A stretch of 64,000 bases of DNA, taken from positions 41,416,001-41,480,000 of the forward strand of contig NC_042998.1 of the NCBI RefSeq assembly GCF_006345805.1, read 5' to 3'. The DNA is from Octopus sinensis. Lineage: Eukaryota. Shown piece by piece: positions 35,261-48,685 of the stretch. Under the pieces are notes generated by a model. The model was not told the origin of the DNA. It saw only the letters and a list, made by a program, of their open reading frames with translations, and did no database searches. Every line of letters starts with the position of its first letter. Positions within the stretch are counted from its first letter, which is position 1. The translations under genes and the position numbers were made by a program.

Positions 35261-38200
35261 CACCTTTCAACTCAAAGTCACTAACAATAAAATGGGGTTG
35301 TGTAACAATCTCCTGTCTTCTGCTTTCTTAAAGCTTGGATTCACATATTTACCATCATTTGAATTTGTACATCCAGTAAGATCACTAACTACACTGTTTG
35401 TTTGAGTATTAGATAATTAACTTAACATTCAATCTTCATTTTAATTACAGGTTCAAACTGTGGTAAAATATCACTACTTATTAAATGTTCTTTTTTTCCT
35501 GTTTTTAACTAGAATTTGGTATTTATTTTATCTTTGCAGTTAGCTTACTTGAGAATTTTTTTTTCCTTTTTTCGTAATAGAGAAACAGTTAAATTTGTCA
35601 ATGGGAAGGATTAATTTCCAATGCATTAGTAATAAGTAAATAATATATAGAGCTCTTTGAATTTTCTATTCTTGATTTATTCTTTAAAATCCCTTTAATC
35701 TAAAATGATATAACTTCTATTTACATAGATATTACAGTATTATTAGTCTACAACTATCTTTTCATTTTGCTAATTTTTTTATATCTTTGACCCAAATATT
35801 TTGCTGAAAACCTTCATCTTTTTCAATTGTGATCAGTTAAATGGAACTACTCGTGTCATAAAAGTTTGAATGCATTGGATAAACTTTATATTTAGGAAAG
35901 TATGTTTATTACTAGTTTTTACTGCTGTTTATAATTAAACTTGAAAATTAATAAATCCCTACTAATGACATTGTAGTTTCTATCTGTCTGTGAATATGAG
36001 AGATAACCTGAAGTCAAAGTATCTTAAGCTTCAAAATCTACCTAGAAGCAAGAGAATGGAGTGTCTTTAATTTTCTGAATAGATCATATATCAATTTTGT
36101 GGGGATAGTTGATTCTTTTTCCACTATTATGAAACTATTTCTGATTCATCTGCAAATATACAGCCAAATACTGTCCAATTCTGTTTTTCTTCATAATTCA
36201 TGTACAAACAAATTTATTTTAACTATTAGCTATTTTTAAATCATTCTTCCTCATTCTTAGTGTTTGTCTTGTCTAGCCCTGCTTGCAATTTTCTTGTTAT
36301 TTTGTTTTTGCTTATTCAAAATTTGGTGTGGGTTTTTTTATTTGTATATTTATACTTAGCTTGTGCATTGTTATGTACAAATTCTCTTGTTATATAAAAC
36401 CTTCTGTTGACTACTTATCAAAGTTATTAAACATATTATCTGTCTCTGCTAATTAGATATGATGAATTGTATGCTAAATTCTCTCTGGTCATAACTTTCT
36501 GCTTAGTCGCATTCTTCTTGAAATAAAATATTTAAACAGTAGCAGTCATTTCAATCTCAATCATAAATTAGAAAACATCAAGAATTTGTTTATATTATTC
36601 GTAACATATTTATTTATGGTCTTTCAATGTTATATTTTTATGTTTCCAATTTCTTTGCATTAAAAGACAACCTAAAAATTTACCAAATGGAATGTTTTAG
36701 TTGCAAATATAGCTTTTGGGTTAACTGTCTGCCTGATAACAAGACCTTGGTACTTATTTATATATATTCTTCTTGTGGAATCAGATTTAAGAATTATTCC
36801 AATCAGTCTCTTAAGACAGAATATTATATCAAGTATTAGTTGCTAAATATAAGTTTTTAATTTTTTGTTCCTTCTTGGAAAAGATAAAAAGTACATAGCA
36901 GTAATTCCAATTTTATTTTTTGTATTGATATTTCATAAGGCTATTAGTAGGGAGGAATGAATTTTGTAACAGTATTATATTTCCTACCTGCTCAATGATT
37001 ACCATTACTCTAAAAAAAAAATCAGAATTTGTTCATGAAATCTTCTAATTATAACCTGGTCTGTACTTCCTGCTTCACTGGAACCTCAACATGCACCAAA
37101 CTAGCTAGATAACATCTGTTTTCATGTAAAAGAAAGCTTACCATTTTTTGATTTTTTTTTTTTTTTTTTTTTCAAAATAGACAGTATATATATATAAAGC
37201 CATTGAAGAAAAATGTTCTTGGAGTCTTAGATATATAATGAGAGTTTTGTGAATGAGTATTATTTTCAAAGAAAATTTATTAAAACTTATTTGATATTTT
37301 ATCTGTATACTTTGGCACTCACCTTCTCTAGGTATTCCAGTCAGCTTGTTATTCATTTTGATAGGTTTTACACAGGATTTTTATTACATTAGTAAAAAAT
37401 GCCTACAGATGCTAATTATACTTCCTATTAGAGCAAGATCAAGCCAGTACTGCTAAACAAAATCAATTAATAAAGTTTATTTTAGATAATAAGACTATGA
37501 TTTTCAACTGAGATTGCAGATTCAATACTGATACAGGTTTGATCTTGTTGCTTCATATCAATTAAAAGATCCATATAAATATTTTATTTACTTTAATTAA
37601 TATTCATACAAATTAAAATAAAATTGACATTGCTCTTGTTTTATGTCACATTCTTCTTAACCTAATAGCAATTCATAAAACTTCAAAGCATTTCAAATAT
37701 CTAAAACATTTAGCAATAATGTCTTTGTTTAGAAATCATCAAAAACGTTGATCATTACCTCTAGTTGGCTCAACTCCATTTCATTTCTACAAAAGATTAA
37801 CCTACTTCATTCTATTTGATTTCAATGTTTTGTTTGTTTTTATCTGCTTAATTTAATATTAATGTTAGGATGATAGAAATTTGTGAAGTTAATTAAGTAT
37901 TAGATGCATTAAAGTATTTTCCATTTATTTATTTTATACCACAATTTGTGAACAATAGCATTGATGGTTACAGGTTTTCAATGGGCCAATTACTGGTTCA
38001 TTGCATTTAGCATTGCAAGGATGTCAGGGAAACATCTGTAAATTTGTACAAAGACTTCTTTTGAAGAGCAGCAATTTTTCACTTATATCAGCAAAATACA
38101 CACATACAACAAATTTCCATCTACCAAATTTCACTCACAAGTATTTGTCAACTTGTAATGATATAAGAATAAAAGACACTTGTCCAAATTGCCTCACTGT

Positions 38201-40361
38201 GGAATCAAAGACAGAATCACATAGTTGTGAAGCAAATCTATTAACTTTATAGACATCCTACACTCATTTGTTCTTAGTTTTCATACTCTTAGAATCAGTA
38301 AAATAAGTGCAAGTATACTGAGGTTGAATCAGTTGTCTACATCCTCTATTTATTTCAAAATTTGGCCTTGTACTAGCTATTTCCAGTAAATTAAATCAGT
38401 TGATACCACCAAACCAGACCATGCTTAACACAGTAAATAAAACTTTATGGGGGCATTTTGGTAAACCAATACCCATTAGATGGTGTATAAGTAAGAAAAA
38501 ATGTATGATTCGTAGTTATCAACATGTTCTCAGGATTAAGCAAGCATCATTTTATCTATAAGAGAGCAAACTAAATGTTATTTTATTTCCTTCTACATTT
38601 AAAATTCAGTATAACTTCTAACTTGAGCTGAACGTCTTACTATTTTTATTTTGTAAACTGATATCCATTGTCTCAAACATGTTGATTTGTTGTCCATAAT
38701 AGGAAACATTTATAATAAAATAATTATCACTCACAAATATGTTTTTGATCTACTATATACAAGCAAAGACTTTATTAAATAGCTTCTCATTTGTATTTCA
38801 GTGGAGATTCATTTGCTTGGTGTTTCTTTTTATTGATTAAATAATTTCCCAATAATATATCCTTGAATCTTTATTTGTTTCAGAATGAAATACATAATTG
38901 TTTTCTTTTCTCCATTTCATATGGGGATCAACAATTATAAGCATATTCTTTTTATTTACTAAGTAAAAGCCAAGAAACAACTGTATTCTATGTACGTTTT
39001 TTTACCCAACACAAATTGCCTTATAGTATACTTAGTTATACCTCTCCACATTCTGATTTCAAATCTTGCCTTGAGAGATTTTTGCTTTTCATTCTTCTGA
39101 TGTTGATGAAATAAAGCATCAGTCAAGTTCTAAGGTTGATTTAATTGCCTGTTCCCTCCTCGAAATTTTATGTTTTATAGCTAAGTTAGAAATCATTATT
39201 ACTTAACTCAGTATGGTAGATCAAGAGAATCAATAGTGTTAGACATAATGCCTTATGGTATTTACTTGCATTGCTTTATATCTCACTGTGAATTCTGTAA
39301 TAAATCATTATTACTGAATTTACATCTAAGGTTATAATCTGCTTATCATTTTTTTCCCCTTATTTCTCTTCTGGTTTATTGTGAATCTTTATTAACAGAA
39401 AATATAGCTTTATTGATGATTGTTTTACTATTGTTGATAAGGCTCTGTGGGATTCCCCCACCCATTAAACTTTTGGTTTAATATCCGTTCCTAGATTGCT
39501 GCCATATAAATTAACAGATGTTCTGGTTGCAAAGCAATTAGTGTGTCCGATGCATGATATCCTGTATTTATTAATTAATGTTTTGCTTTATCTACAAAAC
39601 TTTATAAACTAAAAATTCCGTGTTGTGAAAATACAAGGTATGTCATCCATTTGTTGGTTGAATGAATTTTAGTATTTTTCAACCTTGGTCTCTTTAACCA
39701 ATTTGCAAAATTACAGTCCAATATAATAGTTTATCCTTAAAATCTGAAGTGTGTATGTTGTCCATCACAATAATGACTACAGATTTGTAATTTAGTTATT
39801 TAATAATTTTGATCAATTAATAGATTTGTTTCAGCTTATTTTATCTTTTGGTGTTTTAAAAAAAATAGTTTATATTGCTGAAGTAAATTTATCTCCAAGT
39901 TGTTGCTCTAAAAATCCAGTAATGAATTGGTTGTCAGTATGCTGTCACCATATTTAAACATTGAGTAGAATGAACAATAAAATTAAGTATATTTTATGTA
40001 AAACGATAGGCATAGCTTTTTCATTGTTATCAAATATTGTTACTAGATACCATTATGCCGATATAAACTTCTTTTAAGAACTCACCTGAAAATGTTTTGT
40101 CTAAGTCAATGATGCTCTTGAAAATGGCATGAAATTTTCATTTTCTTGTCACACTAATCTTATCAATTGTAAATGTCAAACCTAAAGCATTTTTATCAAG
40201 TACTTAATATCACAATCAAGTAACAGAAATTAACAAAACTTTAGTGTAATTTTTTATTGTGAAAAGATACTTTTTAAATATTTTCTTCACTGTTATTTTT
40301 CTTCAAACACATCCTACAATTTGTCATTCTCAGCTATTAATTGCATTGATATGTTAGCCAA

Positions 40362-41581
40362 CAAGATCTATCCAAAATATAAAAAAAAAACACCAGAATC
40401 TTTAAATAAAATTTTTTTTTAAATTTTTCTTCACCTATTATTAATCATATTTATCTCCTTCAAAATAGTTTCCTCAGCTCCCAAGGTTTTCCAGTTCTGG
40501 AATGCCTTTACAGTGGCAGAGGTAGTAATCAGTTCTTGTTACAAATTTTCCTTGATTTTTATCATTTAAAATCTGTGACCTTTCAGAGTGAATTTCAATT
40601 TGGGGAAAGATAGTCTGTAGAGACCAAACCAGAGAGTAAGGCAGCTGGGGAATGAGAGCGGTTTTGTACTTGAATAAAAAGTTATAGACAAGGAGTGAAG
40701 CACGAGCAGGTACATTGTCATGGTGCAGCATCTAGGTTTTGTCATCCAAGCTCCTCTTCTCTTCCTTTACATTGCCTCTCATAGATGCTTCAGAACATCC
40801 AACAAAAACATCTTATTGTTTGTCAGATCATGTAGAACAAAATCATAATGCTCGATAACCATCCAATAGAAATAAAAAAAGAAAAAAGTGACCAACATCA
40901 CCTTCACATTTTAACAACTCTGTTGTACTTATCTTTTTCGTTATGGCAACATTGATCCAACCCACTGTAACAGCTGCCTATTTGCTTTGACGTTGTAGCC
41001 CTATTCTTACATTCCATCACGTTATGTTTTCATTCATTGCTTTCAAGCTGTTAAACAGTTTCTGACTGGCTGTAAAATTTTTTTTCCTTGTTCATTTGTT
41101 AGTTGACATAGCACCAACTTTGAAAATCACATGGCATGAACTTTCACAGATGTTTCTTTCTTTGGAAATTTTACAAACCATTTGGTGACAATTTACATGC
41201 ATCACTCTATGCACTTTCATGATCAGATTGTTTTTGGTAGATGTTCTTCCCAATTTGAAATGCTTGTACTCCTTGTGGCATTGCATGCAGCTCAAACAGT
41301 CCAACATAAAGGTTTGTTGCAACATTAGAAAAGTTTTCACAAAAGTCTTAAAACAATTTCTCATAACCACATTACTGTTCCAAATCTTACATTGTTCAAC
41401 TTGCAACTGAAGACAATCCCAAATCTGAACATCTTTGGAGATGATTGTATTCACTCTAGCAAATGTAGGCAAGACTGGCTGAAAGTCAAGGTCACCTATA
41501 TACAGCACTGCAATTTTGAACATGATGCACAGTCTGGTTGGCATGTAGGTTTAATGTTTGATTTATCTTTGGACAGACTTC
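40362..41581 (-). mobile_element. Decayed near-full-length mariner (Tc1/mariner) DNA transposon
   Basis: Minus ORFs give a mariner HTH region (FKTFVKTFLMLQQ...CLSCMQCHKEYKHFKLGRTST) and a catalytic region (LHHDNVPA...PQLPYS, from LHHDNAPAH...PPYSPDL). Imperfect TIRs aagatctatccaaaa (~40363) / tttggacagactt (~41568). About 1.2 kb, frameshifted. Confidence 0.85.
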
Positions 41582-44500
41582 AAACAAATATCACTGTAAA
41601 ATAAACACATTGTCATATTTTGAGATATGGCATACTATGCTATGGAGACAGCAGTCATGTTGAAGATTTTCAGTAAGTTGACATGGTAAAACAGCTAGAA
41701 CACAAGACAAAATATTTTCAGTATTTTGTTGTTATAGTTTATATGTTGAGTTTAAATCATTGCCAAGGGCTGACTGACTTTACCTTTTATTCTTCTCACA
41801 TCAATTAAATAGGTACTTGTCAAAACTGAGAATGATTAATTTGATCATTCTTCTCTTTCAAAATACATGGCTTGTGCCAAAGTTTGAAACAGTCATTCAT
41901 TAATAATAAATTGTAATTTTACTTAATTCTGTACATTATCTTAGAATTCTTAAAAACAGACAAACAGTAATAGACAAAAGTTTATTGTTGTTAATTGAAT
42001 TCATCTTTAATTATTGCACTACCTTTTCCAAAACAAAAATCAGACAACTGCATCTATGATGTTATTTTGTTCTTTGAAATTCAACCTAAAGAAACAAAGG
42101 AAGCCTCTTTGTTCCTACTTCTAAACATTTGTGTTCTTGATAAAAAAATATTTTGTCATTCATTCAGTTACTTATTACTGTTATATCACTGATCATTTCT
42201 AACTCATGGTGGTACCAACAGTTTATGAGTATAATTTGAGAGTTCTTTTGAGAAAAGAACATTTGTATTCTATGATTATTTTAGATGCTGTCATCCATTT
42301 TCTTATTTGTGGAAATTAACTGATCTCCCAAAACATTTATCTTTCTTCATGGATGCATTTGATATGTTATATTGCACAGGGTTGAGATGTATACATGTGT
42401 ACAAATCATTTAGCATCAAAATAGCTTGACATTTATGCATAAACACCTTTATTTCATAAATATGACAAAAATAATAATAATACAAATGAACATGACAGAA
42501 AACACAATGGCACAGTGAATGTAAGAATATTTCATTTTTTATAATTCAGATGGTTATCAATGCTGTTTTCCTCTAAATTTCCCTGCTATCTCATGATAGT
42601 AACAAATAACTTCTGAAAGAATTCATGCCGTACTGGTTAGAATCATGTTGTGAGGTGCATAATCAAAATACCTGTTCTTTTTAAAAGTGATTTCTATAGC
42701 AAGTATACTTTTTATTGAAACATGGTTATTCCTTGCTCATAAGCTATAAATGCAATTCATGTTTATTTTGAATTGCTGCTTTCAATCTATTCATGATATT
42801 TTTTGCATTTCTTATGAACGAAAAGTAAATCCCAAAGTTTAAAAAATAGGAAGTATGTTTAAAGTTTGATCGTGGTAAGAATGACAAACTATTCTACCAT
42901 TATGAAGATCATTTTTGCCTCTCCTTTTTTTAAATTTAGTTAAATGTTTTTAATTTTATATACAGGATGTTGCCAATTTCTGCTTGGCAATCAATAAAAG
43001 AACAATCATGATGTTCTGAGGACTTTTCTTTCTTTTCCTTTCAAGATTAAATTGTAAATATTACATGATTCAATTTTATGTTCGATTAATCCTTTGATTG
43101 AGCTTTCTTCACCTCTATATCCATTGTGAGCACTTCGTTATTGGTTTCAGATGGCAACATAAAGGAAATCAACCTTTTATTTAGTCCTATATACTAAACT
43201 CTATACATTGTACGTTCTCAATTTTTATTGATCTACTTGAGTTTTGGTTGTCACAAATTACAGTTTTAAATATCTACTCAACTATCCATCTTTTATTCAA
43301 GTTTGAATCGCTTTTACGTTGCTGTAGCACTTGGAAAATTTAATTAAATATGGCTTGTTGAATACAGTTTTTACCAACTGCTATTTTATGTGAGGTTCAA
43401 AAATGTCTATGGTAAATTCTAGTAATATTAAAATCAAGCATTCATGCTTGCTAAATACATTGGTATTTGAAATCAGTGACAATGAATTAAACTGATTTGA
43501 AATAACATTATAAAGCCTTTTTGATAATCAATGTTGGATTAAATATCTTAAAGATAATTACTAAAATTAATTGTTTAGTGAGGCTCTGCATTGATATAAA
43601 TCAGAGTGGAAATAAAAATATATATATTAAAACATGCTGTCTATTTCTAAGCTATGATGTTAACTTTTCAAGCAGGGACTTTTGAAAACATTCTAGCTGA
43701 ATATATGATGGGCAATTTTTGGAGACAATCACAATATGGATAGTGAGAAGCAATCACTATAGGTATCTTCGATTGAAGATGAGCTCTAACTGATAATTTG
43801 TCTTTGATAAAATCCATTTAATCTCTGTAGCAGGATAAAATATTTGAATAAGTTTATTTGCTGACCAGGCATTTTTCTTTCCCTCCTCTATGAACAGTTT
43901 AGAATCCAGTAATTAGAAGTGTTCCCCGCCTGTTATAAATGTTCTTTTGCTGATTTCATTCATTGACCTGCAGCTATGCTGTAGCACTGCCTCCAGGTGT
44001 TTTAGTTGATCATATTGACCCCAGGATTTCTTTTAAGTTTGGTATTTATTTTAACAATTTTTAACTGCTAAGTTATGGGAAATGGTAGGTCACAACATGA
44101 ATACACATACTCTCTCTCTCTCACCCTCACTTTTTTGCTTTTTTCTCCTAGTTGATATTCTGCAGTCGCCCTCTCTTTTACTCTATTTGAATGGAGACAA
44201 GGAAGAGCAGTAAGGATGCCTTTTATCTTTCAGGGGACACGGTAACCTTATCAGTGCTGTTCCCAAGATAAAATGCACCTAATGCACTCTCTTGATGAAC
44301 AACCTAAGACAATCTCTCATCAAGAGGACCAGTATTAACAACCTAAAACGATGTGTATTGAAGAGGACTCTTAGTCTTGTCTTTCAAAGGCATGACAGTC
44401 TCTTGATCTCTTGTACTGCTGCCAAAATAAAATCCACAGTGTTTGGGAAGGGCATCCAAATGTAGAAGCCATGCCAAAATAAAATATACAAGTAAACATG

Positions 44501-46289
44501 ATCATCTAATTAGTCCAAGAGAGCAGTAACTCGAAATAAGAACTGACTCAGATCTTGTCAACCTGTCTTACACATACCAGCAGAAAAAGTGAATGTAAGA
44601 TAATATGTTGGAATTCTGCACAGTTTCTGGTCTACCAAATTTCATTCACGAAGTAATAGCCAGTCTGATGTTATAGTAGAACACAATAGCCTAAATTGCT
44701 ATGTGGCAGGATCAAACCCAGAACCATTCAGCACATCTGTGTGTGTGTATTTTTGACATTGTAGATAATGAACAGCTTCTCAGTTCATTAAATCAGAAAC
44801 CAGGTCATCTTGAAATAATTTTAGAAGTACTAGGAATATGAGAACTCAGTGTAGCTTTGTGTGTGTGTGTGTGATAATTGGAAGCATGGTACAGTTCTTA
44901 ATATTAGCTTTTTGCATTGTTAAATGTAACTAGATAGTTGTATCTTATGAAAGTCTTAATGGAAGGAGTGGATATAGATATACACAAACACACACACATA
45001 TGATAGAAGTAGCTGGTGTTAACCATAGCCAGATCACTGAATTTAGGGTATGTAGAAGAAAGTCTTGTAATATATGGAATTGACAGAGTTCTTGATAAAA
45101 GAAAAAGAATTATCATGATGAATTCTTTAGATATTGTTTAAGCTGACATGGGGAAGGATTGCAAGATTACCATTCACACAAGACTAATTGGAATGAGCAG
45201 TAGAAAATAATAGGAATTTAGGCAATTATTTCTAACTTTAATGCACAGGAAGTTTGTCCTTAAGATTTTTATGTTGTATTTTATCAAATCCTTTGCTAAT
45301 ATTATTGTTTTCTTAGGCTACTGTCTGTCTATTTAGATTTATGTTGACATATTAATGCTATGAGCATCAAGAATCCAGTGGGAAATATTTATATAATGAG
45401 AAGGACTTTATTACCTCAATGATTACTAATATTTTAATCTTTTCAACAAGTATGGAAGACGATTGCATGTATATCTCAATCTTAGACATTCCGCTTCACT
45501 GAAAAGGTCTAGTAAGGCCAAAATATACCCTGTATTGTCTCTCATGCTTACCAAAATTTTTTTGATAGTCATTGAGCTAATTACAATGCTTCTCAACTAA
45601 GTTTTTTAAAATGGGTTGTTGTGTTGTTTCTTTATATTCTCAACTGCATTAAATATGTTAGCACTAAATTAAATATTGTGTTTCATGTGGACTATACCTC
45701 AGAGTTAATTCATCTGGTTTTTAGCCCCCTTCCCCCCTCCCTCCAACATACCATTTGTTACATTTGAAGGTAAACTTTGATACATAATCACCTAAATGCT
45801 CATTGATAATTGCATCTACCATCTTGGAACTATCAAAATTATAGAGAACAGCATGGTACTTAGTGGGATCACAAGTTTCCTTTCTTGGAGATGTGATGGA
45901 CCATACGAGTTTTTATGCTTTTGGGAAATTTGAACTGCTTGAGTTGCGAATGAAGTTTTTGGGGGTTTTTTTCTTCTTTTTTCTTTTATGTTTTTTAAGC
46001 ACATTGTATTAGAATACAATTTGCTGTAACTATGAAAGATCTGAATATCTATAAATCTAATATCACCAACACTAGCAAATTTCATATACTCTTTTCCCGA
46101 AATCTGATAATGTGTAAATGAATAATATTTCTCTTCAGTCAATATATTTTCCTTTTTAATATTCCTTAGGTTCAGGAATTCATTCCTTATATTTGTATGT
46201 AATATTTCATCACTGTCACATATATTATTTTCCATTGATCCTGCTAAAACTAATATATTTTCTTCTCTTTTGTGTGAGTTTGTTAAAAT

Positions 46290-46295
<6 letters not shown>

Positions 46296-46328
<33 letters not shown>
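46296..46328. repeat. (TA)n microsatellite fused to the poly-T tract of the exon acceptor
   Basis: Read directly: tatata...tat tttttttt gttttcatag. Confidence 0.95.
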
Positions 46329-46338
46329 GTTTTCATAG

Positions 46339-46508
46339 GAAATTCAGGCAGAAGTAGATTCTCACCAAAATGCTTATGAATCATTAACAAGTGCTGGTAA
46401 TCAACTTGCAAGAACCATGGTAGCACAAGATACTACACAGCTTCATCATCGTCTGGAGGAGATGAACCAGCGATGGCTCACATTGATGACCACCTCAATG
46501 GAAATCAG
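46339..46508 (+). CDS. DMD: Dystrophin-family exon (equivalent to vertebrate DMD exon 56; spectrin repeat), EIQAEVDSHQNAYESLTSAGNQLARTMVAQDTTQLHHRLEEMNQRWLTLMTTSMEI(R)
   Basis: Acceptor ttttgttttcatag|GAA and donor ATCAG|gtatgc; 170 nt, phase 0 in, phase 2 out. Hand translation resembles human DLQGEIEAH...LQRRLDNMNFKWSELRKKSLNIR (recalled). Not in the supplied ORF track. Confidence 0.93.
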
Positions 46509-47539
46509 GTATGCCAATGTATAACTCTTCCAAAAAAAATAATAGCTTAAACCAGAAGAGTCAAGTAAAATAGCTGCACCTTATTTATAAAGTGTTTATA
46601 ATTACATTTGCATCTATCCTATCATTGCCAATTTTTCTTTTTTTTTCTCTTTCCTTGCACTTCTTGTAATAAATCTGACAGAAAAAGATTCTGACATGTC
46701 TTTATCTTTGATATAAATCTTTTAAGAAATAATATATATATATATATCAATCTCTTCATATACAAAAAAAATTCCTTTTATTCAGAGTAGCTATTGAAAC
46801 AGTTATTTTATACAGAGATTTGATAAGCATTTTAACAAGTGAAGACTGTTAGTAACAAGGGTTACAGGAACAAAATCAGAAATAAAAGACAGGTAGCTTA
46901 AGAAAAATGGCTTTGATTGTTCAAGGACTGAGAAGTGAGTGCTACCGAAAAATAAAGTAGCATTGCTGGTATACATTTCACATAAAATCAATATTGGATA
47001 TTTTCTATCATCCAGCTTTCTAAGACAAAAACCTTACTTTGTACATACTTACAGTATTCTTTAATTGATCTCATTTAGAACTTCCAGACAGACTTAATGC
47101 ATTCTTTGTTTCACTTTCGATATATTTCTTACAAAATTGATGTACAGGTATAGCCCTGAGATTTTTCATAATGTTGAATCAATAATTCTAAGTACTTAAT
47201 GCTATATTGAATTCATAAAATAAAAAATATAGTAATGATTTATACACCAGCATATAGCTACAAAATTTTATTTGGTACTTATTTTATTGACTATAAGTAA
47301 GGGTTGAACTTAAAACTGTGATGCATTAAGTTTAATTGATGGTTGCAGGGACACCTACATTGCTATTTTCTAGGGCCATTAAATATGTATCACAGCTATA
47401 GATGATGTGATATAATCAAAGAAAAATAACTACAGGAATTATTCTGATATAAGGACATGAAAACAAAGATAGTGATGATACTAGTTCTAAATTCAAAATA
47501 AACCCCATTGCATTAGATGGGTTGAGATAAGATTTGTTT

Positions 47540-48685
47540 ATGTGCAGAAAATTAGACTCCATCAACTGCCAGAGGGGAAAGAAGCTAGAGGTAGTAGATA
47601 GCTTCTGGTATCTAGGTGACCAAGTTAGTAGTAGAGGTGGTTGTTCCTAGAGCATAGCTGTGAGAATAAGATTAGGCTGGGCAATAGTTCAGAGAGCTCC
47701 TACCCCTGCTGGCAACAAAGAGCCTTCCTCTCAGAGTGAAAGGCAGGTTGTTTGATGCCTGTGTACAAACAGCTATGCTGCATGGCAGTGAAACATGCTG
47801 AGTATAACAGCTGAGGACATGCATAGGCTTGAGAAAAATGAAGCCAGTATGCTTCGCTGGATGTGCAATGTCAATGTACATGTTCAACAGAGTGTAAGCA
47901 TCTTGAGAGAAAATTTAGGCATAAGAGGAATCAGATGTGGTGTGTAAGAGAGATGACTGTGCTGGTATGGTCATGTGATGCGTATGGATGAAGACAGCTG
48001 TGTAAAAATATGCCAATCTTTAACTGTAGGGGGAACTTGTGGTAGAGATAGACCCAGGAAGACATGGAACAAGGTGGTGAAGCTTGACCTTCAAACTTTG
48101 AACCTCACACAGGCAATGACTGGTGACCAAGACCTTTAGTGATGTGCTCTGCTTAAGGGGACCTGTCTAGCCAAGTGCACCTGTACTGGTGGCACATAAA
48201 AAAAAACCTTTGAACGTTGGGCCTCACAAAGGCAAAGTGGTTGAGTTCCTTTCAAACATTGGGCCTCATGGAGGCATAGTGGCTGTTTTCCTTTCAAGTG
48301 TTGGGCCTCACGGAGGGGAGGTAGCTGAGTTCCTCTTGAGCAGGCTTCACGGAAGTGAGGTGGCTGCGTTCCTTTCGAGCACTGGGCTTCATGAAGGCAA
48401 AGTGGCCAAGCTCCTTTCGAGTGTTGGGTCTTGTGGAGGCAACAACCAAGACCTTTGGCATTATGTTGTGCTTGGGAAGAAGAGCCATCAAGCCGAGCAA
48501 AATCACAGTTGTGGCAGTTACCGGTGTCAAACAAATGGCACCCATGCTAATGGCATGTAAAAGCATCTCTGACACTCTCAGAGTGTTTGGCATTAGGAAG
48601 GGCATCCAGCTGTAGAAAACCATGTCAAATCAGACTGAAGCCTAGTGCAGCATGCCAGCCCAGTCAAACCACCCAACACATGCCG
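47540..48685 (+). mobile_element. 5'-truncated RTE-clade LINE (RT C-terminus plus 3' UTR)
   Basis: Hand translation KLEVVDSFWYLGD...RELLPLL...KGRLFDACVQTAMLHGSET...MLRWMC...WYGHVMRMDEDSCVK...GRDRPRKTW with stops and frameshifts, followed by the tail seen in several short repeats here. Confidence 0.9.
48207..48441 (+). repeat. ~42-bp minisatellite (~5.6 copies) inside the RTE 3' UTR
   Basis: Units near cctttcgagcgttgggcctcacggaggcaaagtggctgagtt start at 48207, 48248, 48290, 48332, 48371 and 48413. Confidence 0.85.

Noticed and set aside
41092-41544. 150-aa ORF as an intact gene
   Set aside because: It is a fragment of a decayed mariner transposase; the catalytic region is in a separate, frameshifted piece.
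1-46338. Upstream full-length dystrophin exon (exon-55 equivalent)
   Set aside because: No spectrin-repeat exon found by eye; it probably lies upstream of the window, though small exons could have been missed.
48136-48623. Four overlapping ORFs of 86-132 aa as host genes
   Set aside because: They are by-products of a less AT-rich 42-bp minisatellite in a LINE 3' UTR.
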